64,000 bases of DNA from Octopus vulgaris (lineage: Eukaryota): positions 66,712,001 through 66,776,000 of the forward strand of contig OX597827.1 of the NCBI GenBank assembly GCA_951406725.2. The letters run 5' to 3'. A program made the translations under genes and the position numbers. The notes beneath the pieces were generated by a model that saw nothing but the letters and a program-made list of their open reading frames with translations, ran no database searches and was not told where the DNA came from. This document shows positions 27,170-40,516 of the stretch, piece by piece. Position 1 is the stretch's first letter, and each line of letters begins with the position of its first letter.

Positions 27170-28256
27170 GAGACGAATTACCACAGAATACAATATACGT
27201 TTAATTGTATAAACGAAATATTTGTGACCGAATGTTCAGAGACCTATCACATAGAGAAATGAAACTTTTTTCTAATTCAGCCATTTGACGATCACGTATA
27301 GAAAATCATGATACAATTATTTTATATCCAGTGTTTCGATTCTGTGAAGGCAATAATTTATATTTGCCTAGCAATAATTCTTATAATTGCCCTGCTAAGA
27401 ATTTAATTAGAGAACATCTCTGCAACAAGTTATAGTCTAAATCTTCGTATTTGCTAATTAGTGATATCTTTATTTCAATTCAAATATCATTTAACAAGCA
27501 TTTATTATCCAAGATAAAAGCTGTAAACACGTTGGAATATCAAATTTAAATTGGTTCGCCTATCGCTGTCGTATATATTCGTCATTCTTAGCTTTAAATA
27601 CATGCATTCTTATAAGAGTTATGCACTGCCTAGAATCAATAAGTAAGTGTACGGGTAATAATATGCGTGGTTCAATTTCAATTTCAATCCAACTCAATCT
27701 GAAATTAGCAATAATTGGATTTCGAAGATATTAAAGGCTCTTTACTTCCAGCATTGAAAACTTCAGTTTGTTCTAGACTACCGGCTTATTTTGTTGGATT
27801 GATCTCTGATTTTTGAAATTTTGAGCGCAGTTGAAAATTAAAATCTTCTCCAAATTAACATTATACAGAGCACTGATTGTATTTCAACTTCCTACATCTA
27901 GGACAGGGATACAAATAGGTAGAGTCGATAGTATCTCGGGACAAATTCGTACCGTTATTTGTTCTGGATATCAGTGATTTGAGTTCAAATTAATCCTGGA
28001 TTAACCGTGTATTTCATCCTCTATAGATTGATAAAATACAGTCAGTTGGTCTCTATGAATTTACGAAACGGCAAGATCGTCAAAAATTGCATTGTGGTAA
28101 TTACATTTATTCGATCCGTTCTGAGTTCTTGGGCTCGCTGCCTGTTAGATATAATCCGCCTGCAAATTTGACACCCTCTCCTGGGAATTGGGAAGACTTT
28201 AGTGCTGCGCAATGATATGCATAGGTTTTCTGCAGGGTTTCCGGTTTGAAGATACT

Positions 28257-28316
<60 letters not shown>

Positions 28317-28429
28317 CTCGGCGGTCCTATAAGATGATAATATATATTGTCTCATCCGGATTAAACGATTCAGCAAAACGTTAATGACACTGAAATAAAA
28401 TTCACAGTTATAAAGAATACTATTTACAC

Positions 28430-28752
28430 CGGTAATCCGTCGGTTCGACGACGAGGCTACGCTTGACCTGATCAAACGAAGAGCCCTCTCATGAAATCAA
28501 TATGCATATGGCTGAGCACTCCACAGTCAAGCGTTTCATTAATGTATTTCTCATGGATATTCAACGTGACACAGAATAGGACAAGGGTAATTCTTTTGAA
28601 ATTCAGGTGCTACTCATTTTTGCCAGGTATGTGTACTGGAGCAACGTAAAGTACTGATTCGTGCTCCAAGGCATAACCCGACTCCAGAAATTGAACCCCT
28701 CATCTTACGATCGTGAGCCAAGTGCCTTAACTACTAAGCCACGCACCTTCAC
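28430..28752 (-). mobile_element. Diverged SINE related to family C1
   Basis: tggctgagcactccacag, ggatattcaacgtgacacaga, head ccttaactactaagccacgcaccttca. Confidence 0.75.
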
Positions 28753-29937
28753 TATTTAAATAAATAGATAGTATTTAAATAAATAGACACTATTTAAATG
28801 ATGAAATAAGCAGGATTTTTTTTTAATCAGAAAAACGTATTGATAATTGTAAAGAAAAATATTGATTTTTACCAATTCATAGTTGAAATATCATCGAAAC
28901 TATAATCGATTGTGTTGATTCATGTACTTGATTATTGATTGTTTGTTTGATCCTGCCGTTTCACTCGTAAACACGACTTCAGTATGATAAAGACAGAATA
29001 CCTCAAGTGACATGTCAAAATATTTGCACTCTCGTTTCACTGTTTGGGCGAAGCATTGCAATTTAAGTCGCATCGAATATCATTCGTAGATACACATTTT
29101 ATACTTATTTTTCTCTTTATGAATAAAACAACTGTGAGAACAGAAATCAACGGAACGTAATATTCATCGGACTTACATATCTGTTAAATGCTACGTTCAC
29201 TGGTGACATTCTTTTGGACAGCAGATTGAAAATATACTTTAAATCTGTCGAGGATCTCGGACAAATTGTTATAGTATCAATTACACTGAAAGAAACTCCA
29301 TCATTCCACTTGCCTCGCAGGGGATATAATATCAACCAGGCCTTGAGGAGATTAATTGCGTCTTCACTCCTATGGAGCATATCATTTAACAGCAATTAAT
29401 CGCCAATATCAAGAGTTAAAAAACATTTTATTCTAAATTTAGATTGTTGTAGCAATCAGCAATATGGCCGTTTTAAAATCTAAATTGATTTTTATTGCAT
29501 GAAATCGAAAAATATAAAGTTAGAAAAAAGTAATTGTGAATGCAAGACAAATCGATTGGACGTCAATGATTGCAATCTCACCCGCGGTGCTGGAATTTTC
29601 ATTAATCCCTGACAATTTGTATGGCTGTACGATTGCCATACAGCCTCTAGTATTTTATTTCATTTTCATTCAGTTATCCTCAAGCATGTAAATCCCGGCC
29701 GTACCCGCGTAAAATAACCCAAGGCGAGTAAATGTCTATCATATCCCACTACGACGTACATAAAAAAAATGATACGTTCGTTAATGTCAGATTACATACA
29801 CAGTCCGTAAAAGAAAATACAAGTTCATCACTGCCAAATCTTCGCGTGATACATCGACTGGTCATGTTTCAGTGCTAATTAGCGATGCATGACATTTACT
29901 ACACAACGCCAGTATTTGATGAAATAGCATTAATGTA

Positions 29938-30184
29938 TTGGGTTATCCGGAAAGTTCGTGCCGATTTTTAAAGGAAAGAAAAAAGGTCAATAAATACTTG
30001 CCACTACATTTTTAATCGATCAAATATGAACCATGTTGCTGCACAATGCGCATCCATCTTTCCTTTAACTTGAAAATACCCTCTTCTCGGAATTGAGGTG
30101 GTTTCATTCCAAAGAATTCATCAAGGTATCTTTTTACGTCATCCAAGGAATTGAAATGTTTACCATTAAGACTATTCTGCAGTC
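29938..30184 (-). mobile_element. Mariner 3' fragment with TIR and TA site
   Basis: ta|ttgggttatccggaaagttcgtgccgatttt TIR; minus-strand translation LQNSLNGKHFNSLDDVKRYLDEFF...GIFKLKERWMRIVQQHGSYLID*. Confidence 0.88.
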
Positions 30185-30523
30185 TTTACACACACAAAAA
30201 CAATAGTAAATACTAGGGTCAATAAATCGATAATTTATACTAAAATTCTTCAGCTCGCTACTCGAGCGTGCCGTAGCCTAGTGACTTCAACAAGTAAAAG
30301 GAAACAATAATAAAAGACATATATTTATAGTATACTTGACCCCGCCACACAAACACGCACACACGCGCGCGCACACTAAATGATGTCGACCTACAGGGAA
30401 TGTGTGTTGTTCATCTATGTCCGACTTACTATCATATAAGTGTTTTAGATCTATATTTAAAAATGAAATTTTGGAGCCAAAATATCCATTTAAGTAACAC
30501 GCGTAACTCATTTAAACATTGTA

Positions 30524-30903
30524 CAGGGTGATTCAAAAGTCTCCTTACATAAGCAACGATATATGTCTTTTTTTAATAATAGACAGATTATAAGATCTTC
30601 TAGATCCCCTGATCTGACCCCCTCTTGATTTCTATATTTGGGGGCATTTGAAAGGCTTGGTGTATGGCGGAAAGGTAGAAGACATAAATGATTTGAAGGA
30701 ACGCATCACCAACTCCTTTGCACACATTTCACCAGGAGTGTTATTACAAGTTCACAATGAGTAAGGTTAACGCATTGCAATGTGTATTCAAAACAATGGT
30801 AAGCATATAGATCCTCTTAAATTAAAAAAAAAACTGTTCTTATAAACAGTTTCTTATAAAAAAATATATTGTTCCTATATATAGCGACTTTTGAATCACC
30901 CTG
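30524..30903 (+). mobile_element. Internally deleted Tc1/mariner-superfamily element with both TIRs
   Basis: ta|cagggtgattcaaaagtc ... gacttttgaatcaccctg|ta; internal RSPDLTP/DFYIWGHLKGLVY...DLKERI...RIAMCIQNNGKH. Confidence 0.9.
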
Positions 30904-31988
30904 TAGATATGATTTCTCTAGCTTCTAACTTTCTAACCACACCAACCAAACCATTTATTTCTTCTTAATGAACGGTCAAAACAAACATTACTAAAGCCAG
31001 CTGGACAATAAAGTTCGATGGCGAAGCCGATCGAAAGTTTAATACGTCCTCTACGCCAACAAACCGTTTCAACATATGCCAAAAGGCAGAAGCAATTGAA
31101 TTACGGAAATCGGCGATGGTGTGTACAACAATTTCAACTGCTTCACCATATCCTGCGATTTAATCTGCCGTGCGTGAATACTGATTTCTAACTCTGGCGC
31201 GGGTCCACAATTTTGTAGACGTTGGATTTAGTTAATTGAATCAGCTCAAGGTACGATAAAGTTAATTATTTTATCGATAACAATGTGATATAATTCAACT
31301 ACATCTGGATTTTAACTTAGCATATTAATGGAAAGTACTAAATTCAACGACGATAATTGTTCGACGATCTTGAATTATTGCCATTCGATTACTCTTGAAA
31401 TACATAACACGTTTAAAAATTGAAAGCAGATAGTAACATAAAGGTACGTATGTGGACAAAATGATAATCGTTCCATCTTATGAAACCGAAATCACTAATT
31501 CTTATAAATATATTTCTATATAAATAAAACGAAATGTATGACACGTAATGTAAACTTTGTATGAGTTTAATCAACCACAATTAATAGATAGATTTGCATG
31601 GAACTTAACATCAAATAGTACTCAGCTTTCCGGGTGCTGCTGTCGGTGAACATTTTTCACACCGCATCAGCAAGTATCTTGTAGTTCATTTTAATAACAT
31701 ATTGTCGTGTGTATATTGTGCCAACAGCAAATTCTGAGCATTATATCATATACTGTTTTTCTCATATCTGTATCTAAATTCCCCTCACACAGAAATATTT
31801 TATCAATTGTTATGACAACAGAAAATCACTGATAGTATCCAGCGAAAGAGTCTAACGTAGTTTGCAATATACAACAACAGATACTCAAACACTTCGTTTC
31901 CATTCATGCATAATCTTCAAGCTTAAATAGGTGGGTATTAGGTTTCACGTTTGCTTGATGCTGCATAGATTGTCAGGTAGACCCCAAA

Positions 31989-32041
31989 TCACGTTCCCTG
32001 TTAGTGGGTGAACAATCCAACGCTTTGCAAAATCTGCTTTG

Positions 32042-32074
<33 letters not shown>

Positions 32075-32134
32075 GTGACGTCGCTGTGAACACTTGGCCG
32101 CCACAAGCAAGTTAACCCTGCGGTAACTTTTCTG
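31989..32134 (-). pseudogene. 28S rRNA fragment (domain V region), diverged
   Basis: tcacgttccctgttagtgggtgaacaatccaacgct...aatgataggaagagccgacatcgaaggatcaa...cttggccgccacaagc...ggtaacttttctg matches the antisense of conserved eukaryotic LSU rRNA, with substitutions and a small deletion. Confidence 0.93.
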
Positions 32135-32283
32135 TGAAATAACTTCGTAAATATAAGCTTTTCTCGAAAACGCTAAGAGTAAAAGATATTTTATATGACA
32201 TATTCTACCACTGTCCGAAGTTTGAAAGGGTTTAGTTACAAAAAAAATATTTTTTAAATCTGTCGGTCAAAATGTAAAGATCC
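32134..32283. mobile_element. Terminal fragment of the 8055-family DNA element
   Basis: Reverse complement of 8060-8200 (gtgaaataacttcgtaaatataag...gtccgaagtttgaaag.gtttagttacaaaaaa). Confidence 0.8.
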
Positions 32284-32797
32284 ACATAAAATGTCAGGCG
32301 AAGAACCTACACCTGTCAAATTTCTGACTACTTTTCTCTTCAAGAAACATTTATTCACAGATTCGCAAGGAAAACCTCAGACACAATGATTAGCGGCATT
32401 TCTGTATTTACGGCCTGTGCCTGTATTACGTGGTGATCGACTTTGCTTTCATTTATTTGGAATCGATAAAACAAGCACTAGTTGTGTACTAGGGGATGAT
32501 GTAAACGACCAATTCCTACTCTCAAAATTACTTGCCATGATTAACAATTCGAATGGAATATTTTGCTATGACAACGTTATGAGTTCAAATCTTAAAGTTA
32601 TATATTTTATGAAATAACAGTAAAGTACTGATGTCTTTCTCAAAAATACTAACTTTTTTTTTGTTTTTGTTGAAATGAAAAATCACTATAACTATTTTAA
32701 TTAATATTTTAATTAATTTTTCTCGGAAGAAACACGAATTTTAGTCAGGAAATATACAATTTTTTCATCGAAAACTGTAATTCGTATGAGAAAGAAG

Positions 32798-32844
<47 letters not shown>

Positions 32845-33493
32845 TATAAAGGCGAGCTAAAATTCCTCACTGTCTGTCACAAAATATTCTCTCGAGCAAA
32901 ATTAAATTAAAGCCAATATTAAACAAAATATATAAAACACAGTTCTTTTTACTTCTTTTTATTTTATATTATTTTATATTATTCTCATCTCTCAAACTTT
33001 TTATACTAACCTTTCAAATAATTTTAACAGTTTATATCTTAGTAACAATACCAACGACAATACAAAATTTTAACTCTCCATGAATGAAGTTTCACAGCCA
33101 CAGGACCTTATCTATTGTCTTATTCACGTGGAAATGTACAAGAAATTATAATCAATACAGTGGGTCAATATTAATTCATATGCTTAGCTGTTGTATATCA
33201 TACTCCATGTTAGTCACCTGCAATTTTACATCCCTGTGGCATCCGTCCCACTTGAGGAAACAAAAGGAACAATAGTTCTTCTTCTTCTTCTTCTTCTTCT
33301 TCTTCTTCTTCTTCTTCTTCTTCTTCTTCTTCTTCTTCTTCTTCTTCTTCTTCTTCTTCACATCATCATCATCATCACCATCACGTGCGGCGAGTTATCA
33401 GCCGTACAGGCAAATCTTTAGCGATGTATATGCTCTTGTGCTGCCTTCGTGTATGTATGTATGTAGGTATGTATGTATGTATATATACACATA

Positions 33494-33570
<77 letters not shown>

Positions 33571-33592
33571 TATATATATATTCATATATATA

Positions 33593-33700
<108 letters not shown>

Positions 33701-33707
33701 TAAGTAC

Positions 33708-34044
33708 AACAATTGCAGCGTGGAAGATGTTTGTAAGCCATTTAAGAAACACACAAAAGCCGTTCGATTCACTTCAACAGTTAAGTTTAATTTGTCAAAA
33801 TATTTTTACGTCGCTTTAAGACCGCGACCTGTTCAATGACAAAAATCCGTGCTGCATCTCCTTTGTCAGTGATCAGGTCGCGGTCTTAAAGCGACGAAAA
33901 TATTTTGACAAATTAAATTCAGAAGGGAATCGAACGGCTTTTGTGTGTTTCTTAAATGGCTTAACAAACACCTTCCACGCTGCAATTGTTTTCGTTTCAG
34001 CACACCATCTCAGATCAAATCACTTGCTATGCAGATACATCTCC
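33708..34044 (+). mobile_element. Fold-back PLE-like relic (family P4): arms 33708-33843 and 33862-33990, right arm extends to 34044
   Basis: ~130-bp inverted repeat next to a long (TA)n; each arm begins with an HHR fold. Confidence 0.82.
33862..33912 (+). ncRNA. Type I hammerhead fold with swapped G3:C8 core (GUGAUCA)
   Basis: Helix I tttgtca/tgacaaa; core GTGATCA-g; helix II gtcgc-ggtcttaaa-gcgac; GAAA-ATAT-TT with palindromic helix III; predicted cut after 33905. Confidence 0.7.
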
Positions 34045-34794
34045 ATATATAAGTACATATTTTATATTGTATGTAAACGTTTTATTAAGAGGGAAAGACA
34101 ATCCAAATCTCCGAAAATTCTCCTAACACAAGCCCAGGTACGCTCGATAATAACACTACAGCCGTCAGTAGAGAAATGCGGAAGACCTAATTGTTGTATA
34201 TGCATCAACCTAATTGAGTGATCGGAGTTCTCTTTCAAACAGCGTCAACGTTTTACAGTGAAAAGCAACTCCACATGCGCTTCGGAGAACCGAATATATG
34301 TATTAAATGGGTTTCGAGAGCAATAGATAGGCCAATCCAAAATAGTCTACGTCAAAGGATGGCTCTACATAGATCTCAGATCAAAATTCGGGTATACAGA
34401 AAAATAGCATTCAGCGAACACATCAATATTCACGCCACTAACACACAACCGAACTTCGGTATGTTTCTCCTCTATAAATTCAGAGACGATGCAACATGTA
34501 GTTAGCTCATTAGTACGGCGTAATATTATATCACAAAATATAAACCCCTTTTGAATGCGTTCGCCACAAATGACACTATTATAAGGACCTTAGAATAATA
34601 ACTACGCAAATATCTAAAAAAAGCGATATATTTAGGACAGTCACTACCCATCAATTTATCCAGAAAAATTCCAATCCCTATTATTACAACCATAATGGGT
34701 CAATTTTAGGTGATTGACCATTTAAAAGGATTCCACCAACACCCTACTACTGTCATACCACTCACGCATTTTTATTATTCTTTCTCTTCTTCTT

Positions 34795-34832
<38 letters not shown>

Positions 34833-34848
34833 TATTTTTCTTCTTCTT

Positions 34849-34882
<34 letters not shown>

Positions 34883-35254
34883 CACTTCTTCTTCTTCTTC
34901 TTCTTCTTCTTCGACGCCTCTTTTCTCAGCTACTTCTGCTTAAACAATCATAACAAAGAACTGATATAATATATTAGGACTGCTACTGCCTGCTACCTGA
35001 CTACATGCTACCAACAGAGAGAGGCAGAAAAAAGAAAATGTCCCTTGCATTTGAAGTCTATGGAAATATTAAAAAAAAAACATTTCATTTAATTTTTCCG
35101 CAATTTAATTGTTTCTCATGATTTACTCTAAGTTGAAAAAGTCGCAAAGTCTGAAACTGGTACTAATTTGTTTTTCATGATAAAATTATTTTAGTATTTT
35201 CTACATTGATATTTTCCTTATACATGTCAAAACGTGTGTTCCTTTTCAACCTTC

Positions 35255-35292
<38 letters not shown>

Positions 35293-35394
35293 GGAGTAAA
35301 CACATAAATGTGAAACAAGGTGGAAAAAAGAGTACTCAAATACCAGTGGTAGAGTAATATGCTTTATTTAAAGCAGCAGAAAATTCAAAAAAAT

Positions 35395-35432
35395 CTGTTA
35401 CTCTGAGTTTCTCGTTGCCGTTCATCAGACAG
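35395..35432 (-). ncRNA. Minimal type I hammerhead ribozyme motif (CUGAUGA)
   Basis: Minus strand: ctgt-CTGATGA-acg(gcaa)cga-GAAAC-tcaga-GTA-acag. Confidence 0.8.
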
Positions 35433-35448
35433 TTTTTTTTAGAAAAAA

Positions 35449-35486
35449 CTGTCTGACGAACGGCAACGAGAAACTCAGAGTAACAG
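35449..35486 (+). ncRNA. Minimal type I hammerhead ribozyme motif (CUGACGA)
   Basis: ctgt-CTGACGA-acg(gcaa)cga-GAAAC-tcaga-GTA-acag; helix III ACTC/GAGT; predicted cut after A35482. Confidence 0.8.
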
Positions 35487-35518
35487 ATTTTGTTGAATTT
35501 TCTGCTGCTTTAAATAAA

Positions 35519-35580
<62 letters not shown>

Positions 35581-35929
35581 CATAATGTATATGTATGTGT
35601 ATGTGTATGTATATGTATTTTTATATCTTGTTATATTTATTTAGTTATATCTCACCATATTGATTGTAATTATTGTACTGTATTAATGTCTAATCTCATT
35701 GCTATTGTGTAGTGTTTTAATAAAGTATATGATTCGGTATTATCTGATAGTTGATGATTGATGTAAATATATTTCTCAATTTTCTCATTTTGTATATATA
35801 TATATATATATATATTTATACATATGTGTGTGTTTGTCTGTGTGTGCGTTTTTGCGTTTGTGTATTTCTATGTTTGACTCTCCATATCTCTCTCCCTCTA
35901 TCTCTCTCTTCCCTCACACACACACACAC

Positions 35930-36035
<106 letters not shown>

Positions 36036-36580
36036 TGCCTGGCAATGTACAAAGATAGAAGATAAATGTCATGGAAAATCTAGAAAGACATGGCAATCCC
36101 AATGTAACACTGAATCCAAGCTATAGGTTATCTACGCTGTCGGATTCCAGACTAATATCGAAATTCTTCAGGAGTAGAAAAAATCCAGCTTTCGCAATGC
36201 AGATATCGTTTTGTAGATTTAGAGTCGCATAAAGTATAATCGAAATCAGAAGTCTGTAAGAAAGTCATATCTTTGATGAGCAGTTACAATTTTTTTCTTT
36301 ACTATCTATACTTCCAGCGCCAGTTGAGACCGAAATCGGTTTCCCGTTGATTCCTCTTGATATTGCTGAAGCACAATGTTTCGAAAACTCAAATTCTGAC
36401 AAAGAATTACTGATGCAGATCTAAAGAAATGCCACTCTAATGTTTAAACCTGTAAACATTGCGTAAATTTTAACTTGGAAACTTTGTGTGAACTAGCATT
36501 GGGAGCAAATGCCACAAAGAAAGAATTGCATTTGATTATTTACCATATGTTGAAGTCTTTCTTTGCCTTGTTATTTGGAT

Positions 36581-36656
<76 letters not shown>

Positions 36657-36690
36657 ATACATCTTCTCTCTCTCTCCAACAAAATATACT

Positions 36691-36763
<73 letters not shown>

Positions 36764-36962
36764 TAGTAAAAAGTGAACAAACTACAGAAGGCTTGTTTTA
36801 AAAGGTTAAAGAATATATATTTAAGTCAATATGTCTGAAGAATATTATAAATTTTTTTCTTACAATGACATAGTTTTTTCACTTTTTACTATTTTCTATA
36901 TATTCAACCACGTGCTTTCACAAACCAACTTTCTTATCTATCTATATATATATATATATATA

Positions 36963-38151
36963 TTGGGTCATTCCATAAATAGTGCGTTTCTTTTTCAATT
37001 GCATGAACTAGAACACGGGGAGAAACGGAATAAACTACTTGCCTCAACTTGGTATAAAAGCATGTAGTAATTTTCAGTTGTGCTTATTCTCAGTGCGAAT
37101 GTTGAAGAGTGCAGTTCTATTTTAAAAGGTATTTTTGCAAAGCTATAATGGAAGTGACAAAGGAACGTATTCAGCATTTTTTGTTTAACGAGTTCAATAA
37201 AAGCAATGATGCGAGGAATATGAAGGCATTATGTATATGCGGATCAGACAATAAGAGTAAGCCAGTGTTAACGGTAGATACAGATATTTCGAACTACAGC
37301 TTAGAAGACGAGCCACATGCTGAAAGATCTATGGAGCTTGACGAGGACGTAGTGCAAACCCTCGTAGAACAACCCTCATCGTAAGCGTTGAGATTCTTGG
37401 AATTGGTCATTCAACAAATCATCGACACCTGCGTGTCATCGGAAAACTTAGCAATTTTGGCTGCTCACAAACTTTCCTATTCTAATCACGCACAGAGAGT
37501 GAATGTGTGCCCTTTTTCGCTATCACTTCTCATGAACGAACCTGTTTGGGAACGTATAGTGGCTGATGACGAACAATGGTTTCTCTATCAAAATGTCAAG
37601 CGCCGAAGACAGTTGGTAGGGAAGGGCAAAGACCGGCAGGTCTTCACCGGTGTGTTGTCATTTGTTTCAAAGTCTTAGTTCACTTTAAAATTTTAAACCC
37701 AAACCAAACGATAACAAAGGTGATCTAATCTGAGCAGTTTCAGCGATTTAAATCAACGCTAAAAGAAAATCAATCATATTTGATTTCAAGACAGCCACGT
37801 ACCGAGGGGACGACACTCCAGAGGCTGGAGCAATTTGTACAAGGAATGATGCCCCTTCCATCATATTCGCCGGGCATAGCCCCACAAGATTATCATTTAT
37901 TCCGCAGTCTTCAAAATCATTTGGACGGAAAACATATGAATTATGCAGATGAGGTCACAAGAGTAATGGGGGAATATTTTCCGTCATGGACGAGTAAATT
38001 TCAGAAGAGAGGCCTTGCGAGTCTATCAGTTAAATGGAAGAGCATTGTAGAAAATGAAGGAGAATATATTTTATATTGAGAATGATCTCTGTTCATCTTA
38101 ATTTTCAAAAATAAAAACATTAAACAATAATATTATTTATGGCTGACCCAA
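36963..38151 (+). mobile_element. Near-full-length mariner transposon with pseudogenised transposase
   Basis: TIRs ttgggtcattccataaata / tatttatggctgacccaa, TA on the left; fragments LEDEPHAERS, RIVADDEQWFLYQN, SYSPGIAPQDYHLFRSLQNHLDGK broken by stops and frameshifts. Confidence 0.93.
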
Positions 38152-38237
38152 TGTCTCTCTATCAATCTATCTATTTATCAATGGATATATATATGTATAC
38201 ATATATTTGTATATCTATAATGTAGAATAATATGTAA

Positions 38238-38291
<54 letters not shown>

Positions 38292-38324
38292 ATAAGTATA
38301 TATATACATATATATGTAATATGA

Positions 38325-38384
<60 letters not shown>

Positions 38385-38584
38385 TAGAACACGTATGAAA
38401 CGGAGCAGAATGGATGGATTTATGCATTGCTACAATGGATTTCACTCTTCTAATCTCAGTGTGTCCATTATGAATATATCACAGAGATGTAAAATCAGGC
38501 GAAGAGGAAAGGAGAAAAATATAATTTAAAAGTATGCATATGTGCATATGTATGTATGCATGTATGTATGTACGAATGCATCTA

Positions 38585-38648
<64 letters not shown>

Positions 38649-38711
38649 TATATATATATAATGTATATATGATTTTATTATATATATATATTATGTATAT
38701 ATATATATGTA

Positions 38712-38814
<103 letters not shown>

Positions 38815-39267
38815 ATAATCGTATGTGCATTTGAGTGTGTGCGGGAGAGTATGCTTAACTGCTAACGGTGGGAGTTTGGTGAGATAAATGAGGTGCGAGA
38901 ATTTCTAAATGATTTCCAAATATAAAAGATAGGTTAACAACTAAAGAGCAGTGATGAAAATAGTGAGTGAGACGACATGTTAGAATAGCTTTTGCGTGCG
39001 TATGACTGATTCTGAATGTATTCTTGTACAATAATAATTCCAGGTAGTCTATGGTTACAATGAACAAGAAGAGGTCAGAGGTTGCGTGATTTGAAGCAGA
39101 AGTAATAGATTTACATAAAGTGCACGTGCCCCCATGTTATATGCGTATTGCTATATACCTACATAACACCACACATATGAACATACATTACACGAACATG
39201 TATGCATATATACATGTATGTGCACATATATATGCATGTTTGTGTGTATATATATATATACATATAT

Positions 39268-39325
<58 letters not shown>

Positions 39326-39503
39326 AATATATATGCATACACATATGTAATTTTATATATTCATTCGACTGTGTATTTCGATATATTTTCGCACTTCCAT
39401 TGCGTTGTGGGACGTTTAAGGTTATTGCATATATCTCTAAAAATACAAGCATAAATTATGACTTACTCCCTTGCGCATATACAAACGTTACAACATCCAA
39501 ATA

Positions 39504-39564
<61 letters not shown>

Positions 39565-39565
<1 letters not shown>

Positions 39566-39720
39566 AGGCGTAGGTGTGGCTGTATTGTAAGTAGGTTACC
39601 ACATGGTTTCGAGTTCAGTTCCAATGAGTGGCACTTTGGGCAAGTGTCTTCTACTATAGCCTCGGGCTTACCAAAGCCTTGTGAGCGGATTTGATAAACG
39701 GAAACTGAAAGAAGCCCGTC

Positions 39721-39762
<42 letters not shown>

Positions 39763-40161
39763 TCTTTTACTTGTTTCAGTCATTTGACTGCGGCCATGCT
39801 GGAGCACCGCCTTTAATCGAGCAACTCGACCCCGGGACTTATTCTTTTGTAAGCCCAGTACTTTTTCTATCGGTCTCTTTCTCCGAGGGACATAAACACA
39901 CCAGCATCGGTTGTCAAGCAATGCTAGGGGGACAAACACAGACACACAAACACACACATGCATATATATATATATATATATACATATATACGACGGGCTT
40001 CTTTTCAGTTTCCGTCTACCAAATCCACTCACAAGGCTTTGGTCGGCCCGATGCTATAGTAGAAGACACTTGCCCAAGGTGCCACGCAGTGGGACTGAAC
40101 CCGGAACCATGGGGTTGGTAAACAAGCTACTTACCACATAGCCACACCTGCGCCTATATAA

Positions 40162-40213
<52 letters not shown>

Positions 40214-40423
40214 TTGTGTGTGTGTGCACCCCCCCCCCAACATCGCTTGCCAACCGATGGTGGTGTGTTTACGTCCCTTTCACATAGCGGTTCGGCAAGA
40301 GAAGCCGATAGAATTAGTACTTGTGTTACAAAGACTAAGTCCTGGCGTCGATTTGCCCGACTAAAAGCGGTTTTCCAGCATGGCCGCAGGCAGATGACGG
40401 AAACAAATAAAAGAATAAAAGAA
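39565..40423 (+). mobile_element. SINE family A host copy (5' half 39565-39722, 3' half ~40200-40423) split by a nested copy
   Basis: Both halves lie on the plus strand and flank an antisense family A copy. Confidence 0.85.
39761..40155 (-). mobile_element. SINE family A, near full length, nested in the host's internal microsatellite
   Basis: actcttttacttgtttcagtc...ccacacctgcgccta. Confidence 0.92.
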
Positions 40424-40443
40424 TATATATACACACACACAGA

Positions 40444-40516
<73 letters not shown>

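Larger units (their letters stand above)
35291..35519 (-). mobile_element. Fold-back PLE-like relic (family P5) inside (TA)n: arms 35362-35438 and 35443-35519
   Basis: ~77-bp near-perfect inverted repeat; both arms carry an HHR. Confidence 0.87.

Noticed and set aside
29147-29399. Overlapping short ORFs in unique sequence
   Set aside because: No recognisable motif, and the lengths are compatible with chance.
31989-32134. Functional rDNA unit
   Set aside because: Only ~145 bp, with changes at conserved positions and no flanking rDNA.
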